IMG/VR virus record: IMGVR_UViG_3300049982_000183
Location: 1-30,498 of that record
Reading direction: 5' to 3' (one strand)
Length of the DNA stretch: 30,498 nt
Source: a virus
Taxonomy: Duplodnaviria; Caudoviricetes
Within the stretch, counting starts at the first letter, position 1, and each line of letters opens with the position of its first letter. Position numbers and translations under genes: made by a program. Positions 22,647 through 30,498 of the stretch are shown in pieces. The notes beneath the pieces were generated by a model, which saw only the letters and a program-made list of their open reading frames with translations, did no database searches and was not told the origin of the DNA.

Positions 22647-25172
22647 TCAGTAGACACACACGGTCGTTGTTCCGAGCACGCCCTTGACGGCGTCACCGAG
22701 CACCCACGCCTGCGACACGAACACCGGTGAGAGCTGGTAGGTCACTGTCCACTTGGCACCGTTGTTGCTGTGGCTGACCTGCTCGATGTAGTAGTCGCCA
22801 GAGATCGTGACCCCGGCCGCCGTCCGGCGCTTCACCGTCACCCGGTACCCGACGTCGAGCGTCAGTGCCGCCGTCCACAAGTCCGGGTTTGACGACGGAT
22901 CGATCGTCATTCCCGCGATCCTCGGTGGCACACCGGTTCCCGGTGCACCAGCTGGCTTCGCGTACCGCTGCACGTAGAACTTCGCGGCCTGCTGCACATC
23001 CCAGTCGACGGCCATCTGCAGGGTCTTCGAAAGCACCCGTTGTCCCACGGCGGTCTGGGTCGTTGCATTGATCACCGGCGGCATGGTGGCCCCGGATCCA
23101 CCCGCGGTGAAGTTGGCTTGGCTGTAGACGTAGGTCGGGTCGTAGTCGTACTTCAGGTCCGAGTACGGCAGCTCCCCGCCGACGGCGTTCTCGCCGAACA
23201 CGAACTGCGGTGTCGTCGACGTCGCCGCGGTGTAGCGGGTTTCGCGCGAGTCCTGATGCACGAATCCGGCAGTGTCGACCCAGACGAGCCCCGACTCGGT
23301 GTCGGCGACTTCCTGTAGCACGTCGAGCATCGCGCGGCCGTTGTAGGAGAAGTCGGCAGCCATCGACGTCACGCCGGTGTCGGTGACGACCGCCGTCGAC
23401 CAGTACGCGGTGAGCAGCCGGAGCGCGCGGGTGCCGGATTTCTCGCCGAAGTAGCCGATTCCGCGCTGGTAGTGAGCGGCGATCTGCGCTGGTGATAACG
23501 CGAAGTTGTACAGGGCGACATTCGCGAACGAGGCAACCGAGATTATGTCGCCGTAGAAAGTGTTGACGTAGTGGTAGAGATTGTCGATCTTCATCGCCAC
23601 CGGGGGCGGGTTGTCGTAAGTCCCCGTCCGGAGGACGTTGTCCTTACCGCCGCGCCAGCTGTTCGACCCAGTACCGGAAAAGACCAGGTGATGCCAGAAT
23701 TCGTCAGCGAACGTCTTTACCCCAGACAGAGGAGCGACGTTGACCTGGCCGACGTTATTCGCGTCCCCGTAAGTGAATGCCATCTGGTTTGAAGCTGTCC
23801 GCACGGCGAAGTGGCGGGGTGGACCGTCGTGCAGGTTGGGGTCGGTGGTCGATTCGTTGGTGCCTAGCGATCCTGCGCCGAACCAGGTCTGGCCCGCCGT
23901 CCATCGCACCCACACCTCGTAGGTGAACCCCGTGGGGTCCATCAGCAACGAGCCGTACCGCGTGCCGAGCCTGGTCGTCTGGGTGTTGTCGTTGGAGGTC
24001 AACGGGTCGGCGTTCTGCTGCGACAGCGTGACTGCCTTCGAGCCGTCGAGGAACGAGTCGCCGCCGAACGACACCGACGCGGACTGCGACCCGATCGCCT
24101 GATATCCCGTGTACGGGGCACCGCCGGTCGGCTGCTGCACCGTCTGCGGGAACGAGTCGTCGTTGTACGGCACGAACACCGCCGGGCCGTCCGCCAGCAC
24201 CGTGCTGGCGTAGGACTGCGCGATGATCGTGCGAGACAACGGCGACAGAGCATCGACCGCCTCAAGCGGCTTCACCCCGCGCATCCCCTGATCCGCCCAC
24301 TGCTGCGGATACCGCTCGATGTAGCCCGTGAACACCTCGGCGTACGTCGGACCCGTCGACACGAACCCGGTCGCCGCACCACCCAGCTGCAGCTGCAGCG
24401 CATCCACGTACACCGTCGCCGGATACGCCGCCGAGCACGTCAGCTCGAGCACATTCGTCGGGGTGGCCGGCGTGCCGGTGATGACGAGGCGCTGCCACGT
24501 CCCGGTCAGCGACGACGTCGCCTGCCCGATCAGAGCCCCGACGCCGGCGGTGTTGAAGTTGAACCACTTCGCGGTCACGGTGTGGCTGGCCGGGACGAAG
24601 ACGTACAGGGACAGCGTCTGCAGCTGGTACGGCGGCACGAATAGTGCCACCGTCGGCGTGTCCGTCGCCCCGGTGAAGACGCACGACAGCGAGCGCGTGC
24701 CCTGGAAGGCCTGCACCGTGCTGTTCGTGATCACCGGCGCGCCGATGAACCCGAAGAACCCGCCGAGCCCGCCGCCCTCGAACGACGGGTCGTAGGTGTT
24801 CACCGAGCCCGGGACGAGGTTCGTCGAGTTCAGCAGGTTCCCGCTGACGTCCTTGGTGAGCCGGTTCCACCACGTGCCGATCTGCACCTGCCGGTACGGG
24901 AGCAGCTGGTTCGCGCCGGAGTTCAGCGGCGACCCGGGGTTGACCGGGTTCAGCCACTCCTGCGGGTCGTCGATGTTGAGCTTGAGCTCGCCGGCCTGCA
25001 CGGTGCCCAGTTCGTACTGGCGGCCACGCTGCGTGGTGAAGCCCTTGAACACGATCTGGCTGGCTGGATTGTCCAGCAGCGACACGGCGCCGTTTCCGGG
25101 GATCCCGGGCGGCCCTTGGGTGAAGTCGCAGATGGCGGTCATGAGCGGCCAGGAGGCGCGTGGCATGGTCAC
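22647..25172 (-). CDS. Large minor tail protein (hub with CBM-like and LamG-like inserts, ~841 aa)
   Basis: GTGA overlap with the tape measure stop. RGRQYEL...QAG hub motif, DPSFEG...YVDALQL CBM-like segment, FTYEVWV..WHHLV..VALYNFALS.AQI..HY LamG segment, WVLGD...GVLG end. Confidence 0.85.
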   Translation of the reverse strand: MTMPRASWPLMTAICDFTQGPPGIPGNGAVSLLDNPASQIVFKGFTTQRGRQYELGTVQAGELKLNIDDPQEWLNPVNPGSPLNSGANQLLPYRQVQIGTWWNRLTKDVSGNLLNSTNLVPGSVNTYDPSFEGGGLGGFFGFIGAPVITNSTVQAFQGTRSLSCVFTGATDTPTVALFVPPYQLQTLSLYVFVPASHTVTAKWFNFNTAGVGALIGQATSSLTGTWQRLVITGTPATPTNVLELTCSAAYPATVYVDALQLQLGGAATGFVSTGPTYAEVFTGYIERYPQQWADQGMRGVKPLEAVDALSPLSRTIIAQSYASTVLADGPAVFVPYNDDSFPQTVQQPTGGAPYTGYQAIGSQSASVSFGGDSFLDGSKAVTLSQQNADPLTSNDNTQTTRLGTRYGSLLMDPTGFTYEVWVRWTAGQTWFGAGSLGTNESTTDPNLHDGPPRHFAVRTASNQMAFTYGDANNVGQVNVAPLSGVKTFADEFWHHLVFSGTGSNSWRGGKDNVLRTGTYDNPPPVAMKIDNLYHYVNTFYGDIISVASFANVALYNFALSPAQIAAHYQRGIGYFGEKSGTRALRLLTAYWSTAVVTDTGVTSMAADFSYNGRAMLDVLQEVADTESGLVWVDTAGFVHQDSRETRYTAATSTTPQFVFGENAVGGELPYSDLKYDYDPTYVYSQANFTAGGSGATMPPVINATTQTAVGQRVLSKTLQMAVDWDVQQAAKFYVQRYAKPAGAPGTGVPPRIAGMTIDPSSNPDLWTAALTLDVGYRVTVKRRTAAGVTISGDYYIEQVSHSNNGAKWTVTYQLSPVFVSQAWVLGDAVKGVLGTTTVCVY

Positions 25173-27394
25173 GCTCCCCCCGTCGCCAGCCCGGTCGAGA
25201 GACCGTTGTTCGGGTTGCGGAGGGCGTAGCGCAGCGTGCCCTGCTGCAGCAGCCGGGCGAGGTCGTCGCCGGCCACGTTGAGGTTGATGACCGTGGTGCC
25301 GCCGCCGGCCGCACCGGCGCCGGCGGTGACGGCGCCGGTGATGCCCATCGACGCGCCGCCGGCTGTGCCGCCCTGGATGACGGCGGAGACGGAGCCGAGC
25401 ATCCCGCGCGCCGCGGCGACGGCGGACACGGCCGAGCGGGTGATGCCCTCGCCGAAGGCCTGCCCCATCGACATGCCGGAGTAGAGGACCCAGCCGGAGC
25501 CGCTGAACGGGCCTTCCTTCGCCGGGCTGAAGGGCCACAGGTTCCGGATGCCGCCGAGGAAGTCGGACACCCGCTGCTTGACCCAGCCCATCATCGACTG
25601 GATGCCGTTCCAGAACCCCTCGATGATCGAGCGGCCGGCGTTGTAGAGCCAGCTGCCGGCGTTGCTGAGGGCGCCGGTGATGGCGCTCCAGGCCTCGGAG
25701 CCGAGGTTGGTGATGAAGTGCCAGACGGCCTTGATGCCGTTCCACAGGCCGGTGATGATGTTGCGGCCGGCGTTGACCAGCCACGTGCCCGCGGTCGAGA
25801 AGAACTCGCGGATCTTCGCGGGGATCTGCGACACGAAATTGATCACGGCCTCGAAGGCCTTCGGGACGTTCGTGACCAGCCACGAGATGCCGTCCGCGAC
25901 GTTCCCCAGGATCATCGCCTGGAAGTTGTTCAGCCACGTCACGACCTGCACGAGGACCGGCAGCAGCAGGCCGAGCAGCCACCCTGCGAACTGCACGATG
26001 AGGACGATCAACGGCGTGAGCGAGGTGACCAGCTGCATGATCGGCGGCAGCAGCCCGATGATCGACGGCAGCACCTGCAGGAGCGCCGAGATCAGCTGCT
26101 GCAGCACCGGGGCGAGCGCCTGGAGGATCTGCAGCAACGCGTTGCCGAGCGTCGTCGCCAGCTGCCCGATGACCGGCAGCAGCGGCTTGATCGCCTCGAA
26201 GATGTTGGTGAGCGCCTGGCCGAGGAACTGGCTGATCACCGTGGCGATCTGCGACACGATCGGAAGCAGCGCCTGGAGAATCGGCGCCAGCCCCGACGCC
26301 AGCCCGGCGACGACGTTCGCGACGGCCGGCACCAGCGGCATGATCGGGCTGAGCAGGCCGAGGAACGCGGGGATCAGCGGCGCGACCGCGTCGAGGATCT
26401 GGATCAGCGCGGGGATCAACGAGCTGGTCAGGACGTCGCCGAGCTGCTGGAAGATCGCCGTGATGGCCGGGCCCGCGGCCTCGAAGATCCGGCCGAAGGC
26501 CTCGGCGAGCGGCTGCAGTGCCTTCGCCACGCCGACGAACACCGGGCCGAGCGACGTGATCACCGGGATCAGCGCGCCGACGAGCCCGTCGAGCAGCGTC
26601 GTGATCACGGGCATGATCGCTTCGAGAATCGGGCCGCCGACCTGCGCCAGCGCACCAACCACCGAGCCGAGCAGCGAGAGGATCTCCTCGAGGCCGCCGC
26701 CGAGCGCGGAGAACGCCTGCCCGACAGCGCCGGCCGCCGGCGCGAGGTTCGCGAGGAACTGGCCGAGCCCGCCGCCGAGGTTGGCGAGGAGGTCGGCGAG
26801 CCCGTCGAAAACGGGGCCTGCCGACTTGATCGCCGTCACGAACCCGGGCATCGCCTGCACCGCGAACCCGGTGATGCCCTCGGTCAGGGTCTTCAGGTAG
26901 GGCCCGATGGTCGAGAAAATCGTCCGGATTTGCGGCAGGATCTGGTCGAACGTCTTCCCCAGCTCGCCCGCGATCTGCTGGAAAACCGGCACCAGCGGCG
27001 CGGCCGCCGACTGCAGCGACGACTTGACGTGGTTGCCCAGCTCGGTGAACGACGCCTTGACCGCCGCGTTGTCCTTGAGCACCATCACGGCGAGCCCGGC
27101 GAACGCCAGCGGCAGCGCCGCCAGCGCGCCCCCGGCCACCAGGGCAGCCGCCGACGCGACCCCGCCGAACATCATGAACTTCTGGGTGAGGCTCGCGATC
27201 CCGGCGAAATTGCCCTTGATCTGGTCGCCGATCCACGACAGCGCGGTCTTGACCTGCTGCCCCATCCGCTCGGACCCGGACCGGATCCGCTCGTTCTGCT
27301 TGTCCGCCTCGTCCGCGGCCCGCTTCCAGTTGCGGACGAAATCGGAAACGTCGCCGATCAGACGCGCGATGACGGGCGGCAAGTAGTCCGACAC
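25169..27394 (-). CDS. Tape measure protein (741 aa)
   Basis: LPPVIA.L.GD start, amphipathic ~11-residue repeats, W-periodic C-terminal part, PFSPAKEGP motif. Confidence 0.92.
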   Translation of the reverse strand: MSDYLPPVIARLIGDVSDFVRNWKRAADEADKQNERIRSGSERMGQQVKTALSWIGDQIKGNFAGIASLTQKFMMFGGVASAAALVAGGALAALPLAFAGLAVMVLKDNAAVKASFTELGNHVKSSLQSAAAPLVPVFQQIAGELGKTFDQILPQIRTIFSTIGPYLKTLTEGITGFAVQAMPGFVTAIKSAGPVFDGLADLLANLGGGLGQFLANLAPAAGAVGQAFSALGGGLEEILSLLGSVVGALAQVGGPILEAIMPVITTLLDGLVGALIPVITSLGPVFVGVAKALQPLAEAFGRIFEAAGPAITAIFQQLGDVLTSSLIPALIQILDAVAPLIPAFLGLLSPIMPLVPAVANVVAGLASGLAPILQALLPIVSQIATVISQFLGQALTNIFEAIKPLLPVIGQLATTLGNALLQILQALAPVLQQLISALLQVLPSIIGLLPPIMQLVTSLTPLIVLIVQFAGWLLGLLLPVLVQVVTWLNNFQAMILGNVADGISWLVTNVPKAFEAVINFVSQIPAKIREFFSTAGTWLVNAGRNIITGLWNGIKAVWHFITNLGSEAWSAITGALSNAGSWLYNAGRSIIEGFWNGIQSMMGWVKQRVSDFLGGIRNLWPFSPAKEGPFSGSGWVLYSGMSMGQAFGEGITRSAVSAVAAARGMLGSVSAVIQGGTAGGASMGITGAVTAGAGAAGGGTTVINLNVAGDDLARLLQQGTLRYALRNPNNGLSTGLATGGA

Positions 27395-27437
27395 GCGGTC
27401 ACCCCCTCAGGTTTCCGTGTGCCGAATTTGTGTTGCG

Positions 27438-27911
27438 CTACCCCGGTTTCAGGGCGTCACGCCACGCTTTGGCCATGACCGCGTTCGCCTCGTGCTGGAC
27501 CTTGTCCCGCGCGGGCTTCATGTACGGGTAGGCGGGCTGCGCGTACCGGCGCCCCAGCGAGTCGACGCCGTAGAACCCGAGCTCGAGCCGCCGTGAGTAC
27601 GGCGTGCCCGGGGCGACGTCGATGAACCACGAGTGCGCGCCGATGCGGCCCTCGCGGCGGGGGATGATCGACCGGCGCAGGGTGCCCGTGACCACGCCGG
27701 GGCCGCCGGCGTGGTACGGGATGACGTCGCCCTTGCGGTTCTTGCGGGGCATCCCGACCCGGGCGGGTCCGGACGCCTCGCGTTTCGCGTAGTTGGTGAG
27801 CCGGATGCCGAGATCGCGGACCGTCTTGCGGGTGACGACCTCTTCGTGCTCCATGATGGACAGCAGCGCCACGCGGAGCAGGTCGCCGCCGATGAGCTCG
27901 ATCTCGGCCAC
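27438..27911 (-). CDS. HK97 gp10-like tail completion/neck protein
   Basis: PGVVTGTLRRSI, Y.RRLELG and AYPYMKPA motifs. Confidence 0.8.
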   Translation of the reverse strand: MAEIELIGGDLLRVALLSIMEHEEVVTRKTVRDLGIRLTNYAKREASGPARVGMPRKNRKGDVIPYHAGGPGVVTGTLRRSIIPRREGRIGAHSWFIDVAPGTPYSRRLELGFYGVDSLGRRYAQPAYPYMKPARDKVQHEANAVMAKAWRDALKPG

Positions 27912-27915
27912 CAGG

Positions 27916-28146
27916 TCACCTCTTCTGCGCTGCCTTCTGCGCCTCGGCCTTGGCTTCGTTCTCGACGCGCTCGAACTCGAACGCCCACCCCACGAACTCG
28001 GCCGGCAGGGCGTCGACGTCGTCGGGGTGGCGAAGACCGGGGAACATCTTCATGAGGCGGTAGGTGTCGTAGCCCTCCGGCAGACGGAGCCGGGGATCCG
28101 GCCCGTTGAGCAGCGCTACTTTCAGCCTGCGGAGGGCGGCGTAGGG
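27916..28146 (-). CDS. Tail assembly chaperone GT extension (-1 frame)
   Basis: Open -1 frame YAALRRLKVALL...YRLMKMFPG...DVDALP...AQKAAQKR overlaps the 3' end of the G gene. Confidence 0.7.
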   Translation of the reverse strand, partial: PYAALRRLKVALLNGPDPRLRLPEGYDTYRLMKMFPGLRHPDDVDALPAEFVGWAFEFERVENEAKAEAQKAAQKR

Positions 28147-28526
28147 GACTTCTCGTCCGGGTTCGGCCCGAACTCCGGCATCAGCACCTTGCGAAGATCC
28201 TTGGTCGCCGTGGCCAGCAGCGCGGCGTCCTCTGCCGGGATCTGGTCGAGGTTTTCCGGCACGTGCATCGGGATCAGCAGCACTTCACTGTCGCGGACGC
28301 CGGTGTCTTCGTCGAGGTGGGTGACGTTCCACGACGAGATCGCGACGCCGAGCGTGGCCTCCTCGAGGCCGCCGAGCACCGCGCCGACGTCCACGTTCAC
28401 GTCGCCGTTGAGGTCGGCGTTCAGGCCGAGTTTCTTGAGGACGAACTTGCGGTGCTTGTAGGTCAGCTCGCGGGGTTCGCGCAGCGTGTAGACGAACCCC
28501 GACGGGCCGGTGATTTCCTGAGTCAT
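28122..28526 (-). CDS. Tail assembly chaperone G
   Basis: Follows the tail tube gene. I.SWN...LD.IP..D motif. Ends PDEKSPTPPSAG. Confidence 0.8.
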   Translation of the reverse strand: MTQEITGPSGFVYTLREPRELTYKHRKFVLKKLGLNADLNGDVNVDVGAVLGGLEEATLGVAISSWNVTHLDEDTGVRDSEVLLIPMHVPENLDQIPAEDAALLATATKDLRKVLMPEFGPNPDEKSPTPPSAG

Positions 28527-28567
28527 TCTCTCGCGCTCCAATATGGACAGTTGTTGCGGTTGAACGG

Positions 28568-29554
28568 TTACACGTAGGTACTGGCCGGAAGAGCGTTCTT
28601 CAGCAGCACCTTGCACGGCGAGTAGCCGCCGGACGCGCCCGCGTCGGTGACGTTGCCGATCGCGCGCCCCTCGGCCTCCCACTCGATCCAGCTGTTGCCC
28701 TTGGCCTTCTTGGCGCTGCTGTAGTTGAAGGCGGTCATGGTCACCTGCAGCTGCACCAGCGTCGGCCCGGCGCCGGTGGTGTAGTTGATGACCAGCGGCG
28801 CGGTGGTGTTGGCGAGCAGGTCAATCAGCGGCTGCTCGTCCTTCGCGATGAACGTCAGCTTCGGCTCGAGCGTGATCGGACCGACGTGCACCTCGTACGG
28901 GTTCTGCTGGTTCTGCACGGTGAAGATCGGCTCCGACCCGTCGCGTTTGAACGACAGCTCGCAGGACTTCAAATGCGGCAACGCGACCGCGTTGAGCGTC
29001 GCCGACGCCGACCACGACGCCACCGGCGGGAGCGTGCTGAACGTCGTCACCGGCGCGGTCGTGGTGGTGCCGGTCCATCCGATCGCCTTGGCCTCCCACG
29101 AGAGCAGCTCGGAGGCGTCCCACTTGAGCGTCAGCTCGGTGAACCGGGACGACGCGTACTGCCGCGTGGACAGCGGGTCCGAGTCGGTCAGCGTGTAGCT
29201 GGTCGGCTGCCCGTTGCCGGAGTTGAGCAGCGACATGGTGTGCGTGAACGGCGCCGACGCGCCCGTCGTCACGACGTCGCCGAGGGTGCCGGCCAGCCAC
29301 CAGCCGATGGTGTCGGCGAACACGTCGCCGCCGAGGCTCACCTCCGACGACTGCGGGCCTGCCTGCACGCCGACGACCTGCACCATCGAGCCGCGCCACG
29401 ACTCGTCGGTGAGCTTGACCGGCTTGTTCTCGGGTTCGAGCTTCTTGACGGGCACGAAGGCGGTCGCGGCCACCGGCACGCCGGTGGCAGGCTGAGGTTC
29501 CTTCGCGATCCCCAGGACTGTCTGGTACGTCGACGCGGTGCTGCCAGTGGCCAC
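28568..29554 (-). CDS. Major tail (tube) protein
   Basis: LGIAKE, ESWRGSM, G.V..DTIG..L...LG and QPTSYTLTD motifs. 328 aa, beta-rich, expected position. Confidence 0.85.
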   Translation of the reverse strand: MATGSTASTYQTVLGIAKEPQPATGVPVAATAFVPVKKLEPENKPVKLTDESWRGSMVQVVGVQAGPQSSEVSLGGDVFADTIGWWLAGTLGDVVTTGASAPFTHTMSLLNSGNGQPTSYTLTDSDPLSTRQYASSRFTELTLKWDASELLSWEAKAIGWTGTTTTAPVTTFSTLPPVASWSASATLNAVALPHLKSCELSFKRDGSEPIFTVQNQQNPYEVHVGPITLEPKLTFIAKDEQPLIDLLANTTAPLVINYTTGAGPTLVQLQVTMTAFNYSSAKKAKGNSWIEWEAEGRAIGNVTDAGASGGYSPCKVLLKNALPASTYV

Positions 29555-29559
29555 GGTCG

Positions 29560-30006
29560 TTACTCGCCTTCGGTCTCGGTGTGCTCGGTGCCGTCGCCCT
29601 CGTCAGCCTTCGGCGGCTCGACGCCCTCGAGGAACGGGCCGCCGGTGAAGTGCTTGATGATCGCGGCGCGGGTGGCGTGGTCGGCGATCTCGTCCGGCAC
29701 GCCGACCGCCTTGGCGTAGGCGACCCACTCGGCTGCCGACGCGGCCAGGTTCGGCTGCCGCGGCGTTTCGGTGGGCGGCTCGTCGCCGCCCTTGCCGCCC
29801 TCGGGATCGGTGGTCTCCGGATCGGTGATCTCCGGCGGCTCCGTGGCCGCCACGGCCGTCGGCTCGGCGTCCTCGGTGGCCTCGCGGAAGTTCCCGTCCG
29901 ACGGGGGCCGGCCGTCAAGCCGGACGACGTCGCCCGGGGCGACGCGCAGACCCCACGCGGGGTAGTCCATCTCCTGCGGGCCGATGAATTCGTAGGCAGT
30001 CGCCAT
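29560..30006 (-). CDS. Acidic virion-module protein with a small helical domain (148 aa)
   Basis: AAGGAG RBS. V.PGDVV, acidic linker, SAAEWVAYA...G......TRAAII (HeH/LEM-like). Confidence 0.7.
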   Translation of the reverse strand: MATAYEFIGPQEMDYPAWGLRVAPGDVVRLDGRPPSDGNFREATEDAEPTAVAATEPPEITDPETTDPEGGKGGDEPPTETPRQPNLAASAAEWVAYAKAVGVPDEIADHATRAAIIKHFTGGPFLEGVEPPKADEGDGTEHTETEGE

Positions 30007-30020
30007 CGCGTTTCTCCTTG

Positions 30021-30498
30021 TCAGGTGGCGTATTCGTAGGAATCGGCGGTGAACTTGATCCCCACCCAGGCCCCGAAGACGTCGCCCTCGCCGTAGCGCT
30101 CCGGACGTCCGCGTTCGACCTTGAGGGCCAGGGCGGCCTGGATGATGTCCGACGGCTCGGCGTCGGCGGTGCCGAGCTTCGGGTCCGCCCGGAGCCGCTG
30201 CTTGACGCCGGTGACGATGGCGTCCAAGCGGGACTGCGCGGCCTGCGCGTCCGCCGAGATGTCCTGGAAGAACAGCTCGACGGCGATCTGGTACGTGCAC
30301 ACGCGACGGCCCCCTGCGCCGTCCCATGACACCGAGGTGTCGTCTTCCTCGTCGAGGTAGACCACCCCGAAGCACCGCACCACACCGCCCGCGGGGAGCA
30401 GCGTGTCCCAGTCGATGTCGGACTCGTCGAACGGCGGCGACTCGTACACCACCGCCAGGTTTGCCACCGACCCCGTGAGGTACGTCGCGACCGCGGCG
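30021..30498 (-). CDS. Probable tail terminator, 5' end beyond the window
   Basis: Frame is open to the edge. LD.IV..VK..LRAD.KLG pattern, upstream of the tail tube. Confidence 0.65.
   Translation of the reverse strand, partial: AAVATYLTGSVANLAVVYESPPFDESDIDWDTLLPAGGVVRCFGVVYLDEEDDTSVSWDGAGGRRVCTYQIAVELFFQDISADAQAAQSRLDAIVTGVKQRLRADPKLGTADAEPSDIIQAALALKVERGRPERYGEGDVFGAWVGIKFTADSYEYAT

Noticed and set aside
22050-25172. Diversity-generating retroelement acting on tail genes
   Set aside because: No reverse transcriptase and no template/variable repeat pair is visible in this window.
25173-27236. N-terminal extension giving a 1529-aa tail protein
   Set aside because: It is an off-frame overlap with the tape measure and is low-complexity Arg/Pro/Gly. 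The real start is at 25172 or 25166.
25160-27478. 772-aa plus-strand ORF
   Set aside because: Antisense shadow of the tape measure gene. Long shadow frames are expected at this GC content, and the product is Arg-rich with no motifs.

Overview
This is a ~30.5 kb slice of a high-GC temperate actinophage (siphovirus-type). Its lysis cassette has no lysin B, so a host without mycolic acids is likely (inference). Read right to left, the minus strand carries the tail module: terminator, tail tube, frameshifted chaperones, a gp10-like gene, a 741-aa tape measure and minor tail proteins. Next come a lysis cassette (membrane protein, collagen-like protein, GH25-like endolysin, holin) and an accessory region with a lipoprotein, a 7-hairpin array and a GntR/UTRA regulator facing a divergent microprotein operon. 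A cro / repressor / armless tyrosine integrase switch follows, then a long leftward early operon (RecE-like exonuclease, putative annealase, DUF2303 pair, replication initiator with an internal iteron origin, VRR-NUC nuclease). A small rightward operon sits at the left end. Phage genes lie on both sides of the integrase, so this looks like the non-integrated (attP-intact) arrangement. The strongest non-gene signals are: (i) a near-duplicate 43-bp leaderless promoter/operator cassette shared by cro and the left-end operon 14.7 kb away; (ii) a probable attP inside the repressor gene (integration-dependent immunity); (iii) a paired-iteron origin with a DnaA box inside the rep gene; (iv) a 280-nt array of seven abutting hairpins. 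All product calls come from motif recognition by eye; no database searches were run.
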